A stretch of DNA of 64,000 nt, taken from Yuukianura sp. NJ FZ-2021. Its lineage: Eukaryota. The stretch is from assembly GCA_046563655.1 (NCBI GenBank), contig CM102283.1, forward strand, positions 1,240,001 to 1,304,000, read 5' to 3'. Of this stretch, positions 1-14,800 are shown in pieces. The position numbers were made by a program, and so were the translations under genes. The notes under the pieces are model-generated. The model saw only the letters and a list, made by a program, of their open reading frames with translations. It had not been told where the DNA came from and made no database searches. Every line of letters begins with the position of its first letter. Positions within the stretch are counted from its first letter, which is position 1.

Positions 1-3000
1 ACTAATTGAAAATAAAGTTAATTTGAAATTGGAAAATGGAGACTGAAGGGAGAGACTGACGAGAGGAGTTGTTGTTGTGTCGGAAGGTGGGAAGCCACTG
101 AAGTTGTGTGTGCCGAAGGGAGACGGAGAAGAGCCGAGTCGTACTTTGGGTTGCCTTGAGGTTGGGTTGCATAGGCTGTAACCCCTCAGTACTCAACGAT
201 TTTTGAAAAAGAGACAATTTTTAGTAATGGTCTTGTTAAGTACCGAGGGCTTCAGAAGCTTTTGAACTTTCCAGACATACGGTTTGCTTGAAACTGTTTT
301 GTTCAAACAGAAGTAATTCTAAACCTACTTCAGTTTGCGCTTCGTTTGCAAAAAAAAATGCAAGAGTAACTTTTGTTTGCATTTTGAAGAAGGATGTAAT
401 TGCATTTTATGTGAAAACTTTGTATTATTGCGTCCCAAAGTCAAATGAGATGCTTTTACTTCTATCTTACTGCTGGTCTGGAAGCTCCCTAGAGAAATTC
501 AACTAAATAAATTGGCAACTTTCGTCTGGAGAAGGACAAATGCAAAGTTCTTTTTGTGTGTGTGATTTTTCGAAAAATAAACAAACTTTATTTTTTTCAA
601 AAACTTTTTTTTGAGGCAAATAAATTTGCTTTTAGACAGTTGAAAGATTTATCATATATTCCACACTATAGTCAAAATTGTTATAAACTTTTTAAGCTGA
701 AGTGACAGTTTTCCAGTAACTCCAAAGTTTTTTCTAGTTCAAAACTTTTTCAAATCAAATTTTGACAGGATATCCCACTTCCAATTTTTTGATATCGTTT
801 TGAAAAAGTGTGGTTTTGCTGAACATGGCACTTTTAGTGCATAAAGATAACCGTGCCATACTTTTCCCGCCAAACTTCAAAACTTTCAAAAAAAACTTAT
901 CTAATAAACTTCGTTCGTAATAAAGTTACTTCGTGACAAAATAAAAAAAATCGAAAAAAGTTCTCAAAATATTAAATTAAAAAACATTTTTGGAACTAAC
1001 GAAAAGAAAAACAATTTAAAAAAAAAGTGCTACGAAAAAACTTTTCGACTTTTCAGCCTTACGATCTTTTATATGACCTTGTAAAAATAAAATTTTCAGT
1101 TTTCTTTCCCTAAAAATTGGAAAAGTTGTAAAGTCGTTTGGAAAAAGTTGTTCAAACAGAAAGCTTAAACAAAGAGAGTGTGAACCACAAATGACCAATT
1201 TGTGTTACAGTTTTGTGCTCAATAAATGTCAACATTTAGATATGATCTTGGTGCTTAGAGTTCACACATTTCCACTTTCTGCTTCATATGTCTCAACTAT
1301 TCCAAAATGAAAAAATTAGAAAAAGTGAAAAATGGGAAATAATGAAAAAATTATTAGCACTTTGTCACGTGAAACAAGGAAATGAAAAAATGATGAAAAA
1401 CTGTGTAAATAGCAGGAAATGAATTTTATTTCTTGTTGTTCCAAAAGTCTTCACTTTTTTGCCTCCCAAACTTTTTTGTGAAAGGGAAAGCAAACAACCG
1501 TTAAAAAACATTTTCACGCCGTTTCGAATTTCCTTTCATTTTGGCACCGTATAACTCTTCTGTTTTTATTTTTCTTTGTTCAGGATATGTCATTACGCCA
1601 AAAAACTTAGTCATGTATTGCAAAAAGTAATTTTCAGAGGACAATATTGTACATATTGATTAAAAAGTTGAATTCTGCATAGAACGAAATAACACGTAGG
1701 CACAAATCCGGTAATTTGAAAATCAATAGCACTTTGAGAGCGAGAATTAAAACGGGGAAGGAACTTCCTTTTGCAGCACTTTTCATTTCCACACAAAATT
1801 CTTCCCTAAGAACCAAAAGTGGAAAGCGTCATCGATTTTAAGTGATTGGCTTTGATTTTCAAAAACAGCAGCATTTCATAAACTTAATTGCATATAGTTG
1901 GATTAAAATGTGGTTATGTTAGGTAAATCACGTTAGCTGAAATCAAAGCAAAGTCAATGCTTGAACTAAATTTAGTTAAATTTAAATTATAATTAAGGGT
2001 AGGTTAGGTTTCTCGCTCAAAAGCTTATTGATTACAAATAAATTTTGGGTTGAAGCAAAACAACTTTGCATTAGTTGTAACCATGACGTAACCGCTGATG
2101 CCATATTCGTAACCACTCGAATGGTTACGTGTCCAACTATTGTCCAGTCTTTTAAAATCCTAACACAATGTAACCATTGCGTAGTTACTTAACAGTAGTG
2201 GTTACAACACGTGGTTACAACTGGGTCGCTTTTGTGCCGCGTCAACCGGACGCGTAAAACTTCAAAGACAAGCGACAAAGCGGAACTAACATAAACCGTA
2301 ACCTTCCGCTTTCTTTGTCGTGTTTTCTTAAACTTATTTGTGTCCTTTTGCCACGTGCGTCCTTAAAATTTTGAAATTTAGTTAACGTTGAAAAGGAAAC
2401 GGAAATCAAATTAGAAAATTTATCTGATACCAGAATCTTTGAAACTTTGTAATGGAGTGTGAAACGAACCATCGGAAGCAGAAGCCACAAGACTGCAAAC
2501 GAGCTCAATAAATGTTTAATTTGAAATTATCGAGTAGAACACAGGTCTGATTCGTTTTTTTAAACAACCTGCTTTCTCCGCTCCTTTTGAATTTAACAAA
2601 ATTTTGAAAGAAAACTGCTTTCCTTGTTTTCAAAAAGTCAACTTTGAATAAAGTGGCTCCTTTGCATTGTTTGAATTTTTTTTTGTGTCCACTTTTAGCA
2701 AGTTAAATTTTAAAAAGTGAAAGTTGAGGTTATGTGTAGCCTTGGTTGAACCAAGATTACCGTAGAGCTTCTAAATAAACGCTGGTTTCCAGAAAAGCCC
2801 AATTTTCTTCAACGTTGGGGGTAAAAATAAGGATTTAGAATAAACGCCCGGGCGTTTAGCATTTGAAGTTGCACGGTAACGTAACTGGGATGAAGAAAGA
2901 TGAAAATGGGAGAGAAAGTAAGTTGATTTGTGGCGTAAGTCTGGCGGAGGAGGGAACCATTGGTTCTCTCATCGTTCCTCCCGGGAAAATCAATCAATCA

Positions 3001-4297
3001 CCCGGGGAAATAGATTTCCCACTTTTCGGGGAAGTACATTTCCCACTTTCTCCGTCGTTTTCTCTTTTCCTCTAACCTATAGCCTATTTCCCAGAACATT
3101 TCCCCTTCATCATCTTTTCCTTTCTCCTTCGGATCACCCGTCACTTCCATCATTTTTACGTTCCAGAACATAAGCTCAGCTAAACATAAAGTAACATCAA
3201 CATATACATTCCCATATGCCATGTTGTGTTTCATTTTGTTATGTTAAGTAGATGCGTGCACGGGAACCTGGATGCATATGATGATCTCTAGAAAATCCAA
3301 AGTGGCTTTTCCATTTTGTGCCATGTTTTTGTTCATTTAAAATTAATCTGATCCCTCCTGCCAAAACTCCTCTTACATTTTCTCTGCCTCTTTTTGGTTT
3401 TGAGCCCTATTCATTTTTTAGTGCTTTTCACTTTTACTTCGTTTCAGGTTAGAACACAAGGTTCGGTTAAGTTGAAGTCATTCAAGTTGAATAAAGTAGT
3501 AGTTGTAGCACATAGCACGAGATCATATCAAATTGGTTTTGGCAATAAAAGTTCATCTCTGCCTGAGAGAAAATGGACGGAGGTTTGTGTGGTTTGTGGG
3601 TAATAAAAATGGCAATTACACCCAAAGCACAAAAAGGACAAATTTCGATGTATAATTGAATTTGAATTTGAAACTAACATGCCACCAGCCTCTTTTTTTT
3701 TCTTGTTTTATGTGTAACGGACTTTATTAGTTGAAATAAAAAGAAGTTTTTCGGATTCTTCATAAATTTGAGCTTTGCGTGTTCCGCCTTCTGCCCGCCC
3801 AATTTTAATTTGTTTCCGTCACTAAAGAGCTCTTCTCAAGAACGTCCAAACTCCAAACATTGTTTTTACCAAAATTGAAAAATGGCTCTATTACGGAAAT
3901 TTGTTCAACACGCACTACCATACAATAAGTACAAGATGATTCCGAAAAACAAAAAAATAAGATAAATTTTGTAAAATGAAATATAAAAACAAAAATTTCG
4001 AAGAAAAAAACGAAGCCGAACCCGACCACGCCCAAGTGCTGATAATAAAACTGTATCTTGAAAAACAAAAGTCTAAAAAAACTAAACAAATAAAATACAA
4101 AACGTAAAAATGCGGCTAGATTTTGGGTTTTCGCTTTTGTTCTATTTTATCTTACCAGCTTTTCTTTCGCGCATTTTAGGCTAAAAGTCAGCTTGTAAGT
4201 TAGGATAGATCAGGCTTAAGGCTGTGGTAAGCTAAAGTTATGCAACATTAGGTTATATTAGGTTGTAAGTTAGGTTTAGACGAGTCTTTGTGGTTAC

Positions 4298-4536
4298 CTG
4301 AGTAGAGACAGACGAGAATCGGCCATTACAAAGGCTCCGAAGACAATAAAAATGGCAGAAGTGAGTCCCAGCACGGCATTTGAGGAGAAGATCCACATTC
4401 GGTAGTATTCCATGGAATCTCGGATGGTTCGTCCGTCAATGCCAGCGCCCACCAGTGTCCTTCCAGAACCTGAGCCACCATGCCCCACCGCCGCTCCACC
4501 ATGATCAGAGTCCTTGCTCTGCCCTCTCTCCTTCAT
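4298..4536 (-). CDS. Tetraspanin-like protein, first coding exon (remaining exons not identified, probably beyond the left edge)
   Basis: ATG at 4536 (MKERGQSKD...), then YYRMWIFSSNAVLGLTSAIFIVFGAFVMAD, resembling tetraspanin TM1 with its conserved Asn. Upstream acceptor aaacag| at 4581; donor cag|GTAACC at 4297. Confidence 0.6.
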
Positions 4537-5275
4537 CGACTTCTTTGGAGGGTCCACTTTCCACGTAAACCTTACATTTCCTGTTTTTAGAAGAACTGAA
4601 TGAGATGGAGAGGCAGAGTTGGGTCACGGATGAGTGGACTTTCTGCTACTACGTCAACTTCATGTTAATAATGAAACAGCTACACTGACATTCCGGACAG
4701 GTCCATGTTTCCGATTCGTTGCTTTTGCTCACTTACGACACTTTTACTCACTCTCCTGTTACGCAACTTACGTTTGACCACTTTACTGTTGACGAATTTG
4801 TTGATCATTTTTGGTCACTTTTTGCTGGTCTTTATTATTTGCTCATGTTCACTCTTTATTTTCTGTTCCACAGATGGTTGCTCCGATTGTTCCTCACTTG
4901 ATCTCCGATTGTCGCACAGTTTTCTGTTGCTCAGATTGTTGTTGACGTTTCTGTTGTTTAGTTTTGTGTTCATAGTTTGCTTACAGTGTATACACTCCTC
5001 TTTCTTTGATGTTTCTCACCTTTGGCTTGGGTTTGATTTTACTCACTTTTTTTGTCCCGGTTTATTGCTTCTTTGCTCCGTTTTTTCCGTTTCTCGGTTT
5101 CCACCAGGTCTTCCGTATTTCACCTTTGCCCAGCGTTGTATTCCTGGTGATCAGTTTTTTCACAATTTTCTGTTCATCGCTTTTTGAACTCCGGTGTTAT
5201 TTTGCTTAACTCTTTGTTGCTCATAGTCCATCCTTTGCTTGTGTTTCTGCTGCTAATTAAACAGCGTTAGCCACT

Positions 5276-5795
5276 TTATGCTTCGAGCATGTCTGTCCGT
5301 CTGTCACTCTAGACTGGCGGGCCGTCACCGTCAATTATCTCGGAGTCGGATCAACCTTCCCATGAAATATTTCCAAAGTAGATAACCTATAGTGGGTTAT
5401 TCACTTAGATCGGATTGATCAAAAAGAGAGATTCTCGAGTATTTTCCTGGTGAATCAATTCATTATGGGCCAAATATCAAGGTCAACCCGTTTAATTCTC
5501 AGGATTTCACAGGAAAAATAACCTAAGCAAAAGTTGTTTATCTCATCGACTACAAATAATGTATACATGAAATGACCCCAGGCAAATAAAGCTTCCGGAT
5601 CAAAGGTCAACTAATCTCCTAACATTTTCATTATAGCTCTCCGCAGCGTACATTTGTCCGCTCAGTGATATAATTTAACATCCCGGGGTCACTATAGCTG
5701 GTCAAGGAAATGTTTTTTGCAGTTTCCCAGATAATTGTCGCCTACGGCCGACCAGACGGACAGACAGACAGACTTGGTCAATATATAAAGTATTA
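5276..5795. mobile_element. Degenerate Helitron/DINE-1-like non-autonomous element
   Basis: GTCY microsatellite near the left end and its complement (GACAGACAGAC) near the right end. Shares short motifs (atgacccc, cttccgg-tcaaaggtcaa, aaaagttgtt) with the 39762-41609 element. Ends not defined. Confidence 0.4.
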
Positions 5796-7020
5796 GCTTT
5801 TTGTTGACACTTGGTTCCCTTTGTGTTGCTTTTTCACTATTTGCTATTGGTCACATTCGTGATGCTCACTGTTTGCTTTGATAATTTTTTTGTTGTTCAA
5901 TTTTGGTCTCTGTTGGTGGTGTTGACCTTCGATCATACTTGTGCACTCCACAGGAAGTCTATTACAATTCTTAACTCTGAGTCAGAAAGCTCCGTTTGTG
6001 AACCGTTTGTCTCCATTTGGGAGCAACAGCAGTCAAACACTGCTGTGCCCAAAGTTCATACACGACACCACTGGGCACAAAATGCTTCTTAACGAAGTTG
6101 GTGAAAGTCTCTTCACTTTCTCCGCCTCCTTGTCAACGCTCTCCTTTCTTGTAGAACTGAAAGGAAAATGAAAAAGCAAACAAGACAAAAGTTGTAATTT
6201 GTTTTTGAATTATTGCGCCTCTCCGACTTTCCTCTCCAATTAACTTATCCTTTTTCCCTTGTTCAGAGTCCAATTTTTGACAGACCACACCAAAGTGAGA
6301 GCCTTCGTTATTCCATTCCGTCCAGACTCCTAATGACTCCAATTGAAACTTGTGCTAATGAAAGCCAAGGATTTTGAAACTCGGCTTAGCCACGAACTTT
6401 TGAATTTCATTGTAAAGGGTTGTTAGAGTAGTCTTGACTTGGGAATGGAAGTTGAAAGGCTACGTAACGTTATGTTTTGTAGAGTCTAATCCACAGTGGG
6501 ATGTGTACTTAAGAGGAAACCACCATGAAAATGGACTGGGTTTTCCGGGTAGCTTTCACTACTCTCCAAATGGATTCAGAATAAGGTCGTGGCATGGCAA
6601 ATTCAGATGCCTCAACAACTGTGCTATGCTGCAGTATGAAAAGAAGAGCAAAGGGAAAGTTCTGTGAGTGAAAACTCACTTTCACCCGTCATCTCCTCTT
6701 CAGTCCCACCCCTCCCCACTCCTCTCCCCTCCGCCCCACTGTCAGCAACTAAACAGATCATTATTAGTCTATGTATCATTGGTCACGATGATCAACAACT
6801 ATCCAGTCAACAACAAGAAGTAAACACGAGTTTTGAAAAAATAAGTAACTTAATTCACACAAAAAAAAACTGCCACTACCTTATGCCAAAACTTGTCAAT
6901 TTTTAATTCATTGCTTTTTTTGAAAAAATAAGCCATGGAGAGGTTTTTAGAGGTTTGCAGTTATCGGAAATTATGATACCGTATTTCTAACATTTCAAAA
7001 TTCAGTTCCTTTGTTATAAT

Positions 7021-7455
7021 CAGAGGCGCAAGGCATATGTTGTTAAAACCGGTGACTATTTTGTGACTATGTTGTGACTATGTTGTGGTGTGGCTATGTT
7101 GTGGCTATGTTGTGGCTATGTTGTGACTATGTTGTGACTATGTTGTAACTATGTTGTGACTTTGTTGTGACTATGTTGTGGCTATGTTGTGACTATGTTG
7201 TGGCTATGTTGTGACTATGTTGTGACTTTATTGTGACGATTTTTCAAAATTATATTATAACGAATAATCCCAACACTACATGGACCCTTGATAAACGATT
7301 TGTGCATGAAAAATAGTAAACATTTGCAAAAATGCCACTTTTTTGGCAAAATCTTAAATTACTTTGCTAAATATTTTGTATATTTTTTTTTCAAGAAATA
7401 TTTTTTAAAAATATAAAAATATGTAATATGTAAGAAAATATGTTTTGCGCCTCTG
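7021..7455. mobile_element. hAT-type MITE carrying an internal 11-bp tandem repeat
   Basis: TIRs cagaggcgcaaggcatat / atatgttttgcgcctctg; perfect 8-bp TSD gttataat at 7013-7020 and 7456-7463. Confidence 0.85.
7053..7240 (+). repeat. Minisatellite (GTGRCTATGTT)n, roughly 16-17 units
   Basis: Directly visible tandem 11-mers gtgactatgtt/gtggctatgtt. Confidence 0.9.
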
Positions 7456-9283
7456 GTTATAATTCTCAAAAAAAAATTTTTTTTTTGTATTTTGTAAGTA
7501 ATTTTGAAGAAAGTTTTCTATAAATCACACTCAACGGAAACCGCAGAAAATTTATGTTTTGTTTCGAAAATTTTTAATTCCGTAATAATCTTTCTTCGCA
7601 AAAAAATGTAATCCATAATTTAAGAAACTAATTTTAAATTGTAAATTTATTTGCTGTTAACTGATTTAATTCTTGTTTTTTGAAGCTATAGATCAGCAAA
7701 TTAGCAGTTTACTGTTTTGTGTAGGCCAAGTTGCTTTTGACATTTAGTTGTGAATATGGTACACTGATGTTTTGGATGCGATAGGGTTGCGGAGGCCTAT
7801 CATATGACTCTCATGAGCCATGACTTCCTTATCTTCGTGCCTTCTCCGTATCTCTCCCAGCTCTGACTAAAAGGTGAAAGGAGAAAGCACAGAACGGGAT
7901 TCAACCTTTCTGTGAGTGACAGGTCAAACGGAGAACAGTCGAAATAAAACCAGAAACTTTTTTTTGATTTTTTTTCTTGGTTCTTTTGACCCGTTTTTCG
8001 TAGGCGTTCTACCACAAACTTTCTCTTTGTCACCCCCAAATTTGTGCGAAGGAAGAAAGAAATGGAAAGGAAAGAAGACAGAGCTCTTTTTTCTATGCGG
8101 TTTCTAAAGTAAAATTGGATGTCCGTTTTTTTCTTTGCTCCAAAGTTTGAAGTCAGCATCCAATATCACATAGAATGATGGACGACCAGGAGTGCCAACT
8201 CCTTGACATGACTTTAATTTCATGACAAGCTGAGGCGGGAACGTCGTTTTTTGAAAAAAAAATTGCCACATATTTTGAAACCTCGCGCTATAAATCTTTG
8301 GAAGAAGTACAATATGGCGTTAACACAAACAAAATCTTCCTGAGGTCAATATTTTACTGAAAAGAGCAGGAGGCTAAACTGCGTTGGCGTTTTTTCTAGT
8401 TCAAAAGTAAATTGTGTTTTAAAATACGTTTTTTGAAAAATGACTTTGTAAAAAAAACGAGAAAAAGTTGTGCGTGTCATTGAAAAATTAGAGTCCTACT
8501 TTGAAATTTTTTTTCTGCAAACTTTTTTTTTCGTTTTTGAAAAAAATGGACCCGCCACATTGAAACAAAGCTCTGGAGGGCAAGAGGCGGCTTCTGTGAA
8601 TCATTAATCAATCAAATTACATGTCATAAAAATTGCTTCATCTTTTGATTGATGACGATCGAAATAGAAAATGATATTTTTTTTGTTCCCTCAAAAGCCT
8701 GGTCCTGTGTGTCAATTGCGTAATCTTTCTATCCGAGGAGAAAAATGGCATTTTGCATCATCAAAATTACATCAAAAAGTTCAAATTCAAAACTTATAAA
8801 AAAAAAACAAAGATGAAAAAAGTTTTCATAAGCTCTCCTTTTTAAGATCAAAGTGTCGCTTTACATATTTATCATGCCAAATCGTCCTTAGATGATGATT
8901 AAATTAGATCACTATCTAAAATTTTGAAAATTGAGATTATGAAAAAATTTTTCTAAATAAATCCAAAGAAATAATTAAATCAAATTTTTAAAACTACAGG
9001 AGAAAAAAATTGAAATAATAAAGTATCAAAGTTATGAAACATACAATCGAGAAAATTAAATTGAAACCAAAAAAAGCAAATGCGAAAGTAAAAAAAAAGT
9101 TAGGACGGGAAACAATGCCAAGATAAGAGAAAACTCGAAATCGGAAAAGAGGTTTTTAATTTTGCAAATTGAAATCTCCATGCCAATGGAGGAAGGGGTT
9201 GCCAGGAGCATAATCCTTGGCCTAATCCCTAACCTAAGAATTTAACTTAACCTGACTTCAGTTTTTTGTATGTTATTATTCGA

Positions 9284-10713
9284 CTAGAATCTTCGGTGGC
9301 CTACGGCCACCGAAAGATTCTAGACTGTAGCGTACGTACCAGTTTGACTGACTAATCGCACAAAAAACGATTACACAATAGTTAAATTTAGAAAAACACG
9401 GGCCAAAAACAAATGTTGGGTGCAATTATCCAATATTTAGTTTATTTCAACCGTTGCTTGTACAAAATTGTCATGCGCGCAGCGGAGGGTAGATTCGCTA
9501 TTGGGAGTTATTCGCTATTCTTTCTGTTGTGATTTCTGCTTTCCTTTCCGATTTTTCGGTTTATAGTTGCCTTTCTGGTGACAACAGAATTCCTCACATC
9601 TTTCTGATGTGAAACAATCAGGGAACGGAATTGCATTTATACATTCCGTTCCTATGCCATTTCTCTTTACTTTCCTTCATTTTAAAAAGTTGAACCGAGT
9701 TCAACTTTTCGAAGGAAAGTAGAGGGGAAAAGATTTAAATAATAATCTCCATGTGTTGCTCAGGGGATAAGCTATTTTCCTAAATCAACGGTTTACACTT
9801 TCTCTGCAGAATTCAGCAAGGAAAGAAGAATGGCTTTGGAAAAAATTCCTCTCTTCTGAATTTTGGCAGCAAGTATAAATGAAACACTGAACGTAAAGGT
9901 AACGGCATGGGAACGTTCACGGCATGGTAACAGAATGTCTAAATTCGGCATAAATGAGGAGAGTGGATAAGAAGACCACTACACTATGGTCGGATTCTGA
10001 AAAAAAAGTTCAGTCCTATTTTGAAACAAACTTTAATCACACCGTTTCCATTGACAACTGAGGCGGTTGAAAGAAGGGAAGCGTGTAGAGGTTGAGTAAC
10101 CGTTGACTCTGGCTCGAAAAACGACTTGGCCTTGATTGACAACCGAGCAGACAGACATAAAAGACAATGAAAAGTTTGGTAACAGATTTTTTTTTGAAAG
10201 TATGCTAAATCTCAAGGTACAACATCAAGTTGTCAGTGCGAAATCACAAATTCGCAAATAATGATTATTGCAACCAAGAAAATAAACAAAAATTTAGAGA
10301 TACTTTGGATAAGCTTTGGGCAATAACTAAGCATTATGAGCCGATTTGCACCTCAAAATATCAAAGACCAAGTCTTCCAGAACGCTAATCACCCTTTGGT
10401 TTGTCATTAGAGGGTGAGGCTTTTTGAGGCCAAAAATCAATCGGTACGTCAATTTTTTGGTCAAAATGCGCTGATAAGTTAGTTTGTTTACAAAATTTAT
10501 TTGATTCCCTGGGAACCAAAAAATAAAATAAACGACCATAGTGCACTACTATGACATATAGCTTGTTTTCCTCGTGTGCTTGAGTGAGAGTTAACTGTTT
10601 ATGTTTTGCTCCTGTTCACACAAAGTGAATAAGAGAGCCAGGAGTTAACTCTCATTTCACTCACACACAGAGGACAGGAGGACTGTGTTAGAGATGCTGT
10701 AATATGTAGTAGA
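9284..10713 (-). mobile_element. Non-autonomous Helitron, copy 1 (1430 bp)
   Basis: On the minus strand it starts TC (TCTACTACATA) after A and ends with the hairpin ctagaatctttcggtggccgtaggccaccgaagattCTAG before T. No TSD. Near-identical to 16641-18071. Confidence 0.85.
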
Positions 10714-11304
10714 TTTTGGCTCCAAACTCCTAGTGAAATTGAGTTTGGAAACAAAGTAAACTCTCAGTAAAATGTTCACGTACTGGAGCCAAAAGAATAA
10801 AAACGAAACATATGGGAAGAGAATCAAGAAACGATAAAAAGAGTCTTTATTTTTAGAAATTTCTGCGAACCAACTCGGAAACAATCAGATTCAAAAACAT
10901 ATTTGTCAAGCTCAACCTTTCAAGCATTTCTCTGAAAAATATTCGGAAAGATTCAGCTTTGCAGTAATTTTGGAGAAAAAAAAACTGAATTTGGACTGGG
11001 CGGCAGAACTTTCAATCAAGTTCGGGAAGAAGAATTCTGTCAAGAAATTCTAGTGCGATGTGTCCAGATTGTAACTAGACGGAAAAGCTGAAATTGCTTT
11101 CTCTTTTGTGTCCAGTCCCACCGGAGACCAAATCCTTAGAAGGACAAAGTTCCGCTTTTCAGAGGAAAAGAAAGCTCCTATCTAATCTCAATTGTGCCAT
11201 TTCCAACAACCGTCGTGTTGCTTATGGACGGTCACGTGGCACCCATTGACGGATATTCATGGACGGAAGTCTCTGGACCAATTTATTTGTGGACTTATTT
11301 TGTA

Positions 11305-11825
11305 TAGGGCTGCCGTCGTGCGTTTTGTTTCCGTTTTTTTCCTAAAAACGGAAACAAAACGGAACGGTAGGAACGCAAAACGAAAACGGAAACGGTGACA
11401 TAACAGATAAACAAAAACGGAATAAAGAAAAAACGGATTAAAAACGGTAAAACGATAAACTAAATAGCGGAATTTCAAAAATTAAATTTCATGTTCTGCT
11501 TTTCAAAAATCCACCTCTTGTCGTTCCAAATGTGGTTAAAATAGTTAAACTGGGCTAGCCTTTAATTTTTAATTTCCCAAGAGTTTAGTATGGCGTCTCT
11601 CAAAGATAAACATTTTCCCTGGTTTTTCTGCTTTCCGTTTTTTTCGTTTTTTTGATTTCGTTTTCGTTGTGTTTTTTGTCAAAAACGGAAACGAAACGAA
11701 AGGTACCGTTTAAAAAAATTGGAAAAACAGCAACGAAACGAAAGGTACCGTTTGGAAAAATTGGAACGGAAAAAAAGGAAATTCCGTGTCGTTTTCCGTT
11801 TTACACGGAAACGGCGGCAGCCCTA
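11305..11825. mobile_element. hAT-like MITE with AAACG subterminal repeats
   Basis: TIRs tagggctgccg / cggcagcccta; degenerate 8-bp TSD attttgta / attctgtc; many aaacgg/ccgttt motifs inside. Confidence 0.7.
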
Positions 11826-14800
11826 ATTCTGTCAAATTGAAATTCGTTTCTTGGCTACGTTAAAACATGAATTCAATCTAAGTTGCATCAATCAGAATTC
11901 CTCTGTACACCTCGTCCCTGAGAATCCGTGCATGCGCGTTCGTTCGTAAGAGTCCAGGAACCGTCACGGACACAACCAGGGAGCAACTAACGCAACACGG
12001 CGAGTCTTGGCAATGGACTTGGCGTTTTCTCTTGTTTCGATTTCAGGATTCTGCAGATTCTACTTTTCTGCTTTTCTGAAACACTTTCTAGAACAAGGTT
12101 TGCTAAAAAAACTGTTCCTAGAACAAGCGTTAAAAAACATTTTCTGGAACAACGCTTGCTTGGGTTCAGTGGTTGTGTTGGTTAGATTTTCTCCAAGGAT
12201 GAATTCTCAGTCCAAGACAACATAATCAGACAGGCCACGGAATACGAATTTTGAGAAAGCAAAAGGACGTGCTCCACCCTTCCGCGAGAACTCAGAGTTT
12301 CTTCTTGAATCCTCTTTCATCTTCTGTTGCTCGTGGATTATATGCAAATTTGAAAATACCCGGGCATCTCCCGCCTAGTTTAACCTAACTCCCGCCTTCC
12401 CTGTTACCTACTACGTCAGTTTCATGGAAATCAAACTACTCCACAGTGCCTCATTCCACTTTCACTTTCTGATAATCACTTTCTCCTGGGAACGCGGCAA
12501 ACTCATAAAAAACTCCTCCTTTTCAGTTTTTTAAATTACAGAATTATTAAAAAGGAGAAAATGAAACAAGTTTTAAAAGAAAGAGAAAAAGGAGTTGTGA
12601 AACTTTAGAATTTTTAATAAAATCTGGTTCCATTTGAAAAAAAGAAGAAGCCTGAACTTTTCTTTTCTCTTCGCTCGTTCGCTCTTCGTTTCATTTCCTT
12701 TTCGACTTCTCGAGTGCGTATGTTCCCTTTCAGAAATTGCGATTCGCTTGACTGAATTTGAAGGTCTGTAAACAATGAGAATCTCATTTTTATTTAAAAG
12801 GCTTACATTCAGAGACTGCTACGCAGAAAGTTGTGGAAATCGGAGTAAAACGACGTCGTTGGAATTTTGGGCGTGTCGGAGAGGATACGGTAGTGCTAAC
12901 GGCCGAAGCGTGTTAAACCAGAGTTTGAGTTTCACCAGCGGGAATGTTAAGGAAGGCTTAGTGGGATGGTGTCGTTTAGCTTTCATTATTGGATTACTTT
13001 GGAGTAAACCAGAGTTCAGTATCCCACCGAAACGAAACGAAAAAAAAAACTGTACTCGATATGCGGATGGAGAAGTTTCACAGAAAGTTTTACAATTTTT
13101 TTTTAAATTGCACAAGCTAACCCTTTTACCGTATTTCAAAAGTCAACCGGTTTTTCATGTCAAAAGTTAAACTTTTCTCGTTAGTTTTTAGGTTTAGTTC
13201 GTTTTTGGATTTAGGTTTCGGGTATGGTTTAGAAGTGAAACAGAAAACCATAAAACAAGCCAACCACAAAACATCATACATTAAAACATATAACGCGGAA
13301 AATATAAAACTTGGAAAAAGTTACTAAACCCTCGAAAAAAATTCAGCAAAATATTTTTTACTGAATCCGTCTTAAATTTTTTTTTCCTGTACAGGCAAAA
13401 TTTTTTAGAACTATCCAAATAAATTTAAATTTTTTTGTTGACGTAAATGTAAATGTTTTTTAAAAGTCGACGTTTGACCGTACCCTATTATCGAACGTAC
13501 CGTTTCGTTTCGGCGGTACATCAGCCATGTCAGTCCTAGTTGCCGAAAATAATGAGTCTTCAAAGTTTCTCTCTTTTCGGAGTTTCAGACCTTTTTCTTT
13601 TACTCGTCGTCGGTTCTCTTTTGAGTTTCCGAAGAAAGAAGACGAAAAAGACATCCCATCCAAATGCGCACTTTATTAAGACAAGCTCAGAATTCCAATT
13701 CCATAAAATTTGCAACACTTCATCTGTTTCCCTTTCTTCTGTCTCCTATTTCATGTCTACTGCCTCACTTCCAACTTTTAGGCTAACCTAACCTGCTTTG
13801 GGAGAGAGGAGTACAGCCTGCCAAGACTCCCAGAGAAATAAGTTCTGAGTCAAAAGAGAAAGTGTGAAATGTTGAATCTGTTGACTTCAAACCCTCAACT
13901 TTCTTCTGAAGTTCTGCAAAGGACAGGCACAAACTCAATTTTACAATTTCTCGCGTCGAAACAAGGCACGAAACAAAATCAAATTATATTCACCAGCAAG
14001 ACAGATGAATATCCAAGTTCCTAAAGCCCGTATATTATGTTCCCACTTCACAACTTGTAAAATAGGACATAAGAATATAAATTTCCAAGAAAACGAAATT
14101 TTTCAAAAATAATTCTTTTGACAAATAACACCATTTTTCAAAAAAGTAATACTGAGGCAATGCCTCAGTGAGGCATCCCGAAAATGTACCGCAGAGAATT
14201 TGTTTAACATAAATTCCATTACTGCTCCTTTTGTAAGGAATTCAAAACCCTAAATTTTAAACAGTTCTTGGGTTTGTCGGTTTTACCGGTTTAAATGTCG
14301 AACCGGTAAAGTTTGGAACTGAATTTATTGAATTATGTGATACGTTATGGGCGAGGGTAAGTGCTCTCTTGAGGGCATGACCACTTGAGTTCCTGTTACC
14401 ATCTTTTGTCTTTTGTGTGCATTTTTCATGGAAAATGTTGCAGACGCATGTTTTGTGGTGTTCCACTTTCCCACAGACCAATAAAAATGCAGTGCTGAAT
14501 TAATCAATAGCAATTCCATTATTTTCAACACTAATTTTACCCTCGAGTCTCGTTCGTTTCCTTTGCTAGGCAGATATTGCGCGACCTTCGGCTTTTTCAA
14601 AAAAGTCAAAAAAAATTTTTTTTTCCTACCTTGTTTTTTTTTTGTCTTGCTGTTCCTTTGTGTAACTTCACAAGCTTTGTTCTTTTTTTTGATTTGCAAC
14701 CTTTACAACTAACTTTTTTTTATTTTCCAAGATTTTTTTTCTGAAATGTTACACCAATGGGGAAATACTTTGAGTAGAACAACTTTCCTGTTGAAGTGCT

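Noticed and set aside
2070-2225. GTAACC/GGTTAC repeat cluster
   Set aside because: Probably a MITE end, but no paired TIR or TSD could be defined.
4705-5209. Hydrophobic 160-aa ORF
   Set aside because: T-rich low-complexity sequence with no motifs; likely intronic.
7053-7240. Possible CRISPR array
   Set aside because: Contiguous 11-mers without spacers, inside a MITE, in eukaryotic DNA.
10327-10539. Duplicated 70-aa ORF (also 17685-17897)
   Set aside because: Lies inside the non-autonomous Helitron copies; no Rep/helicase motifs.
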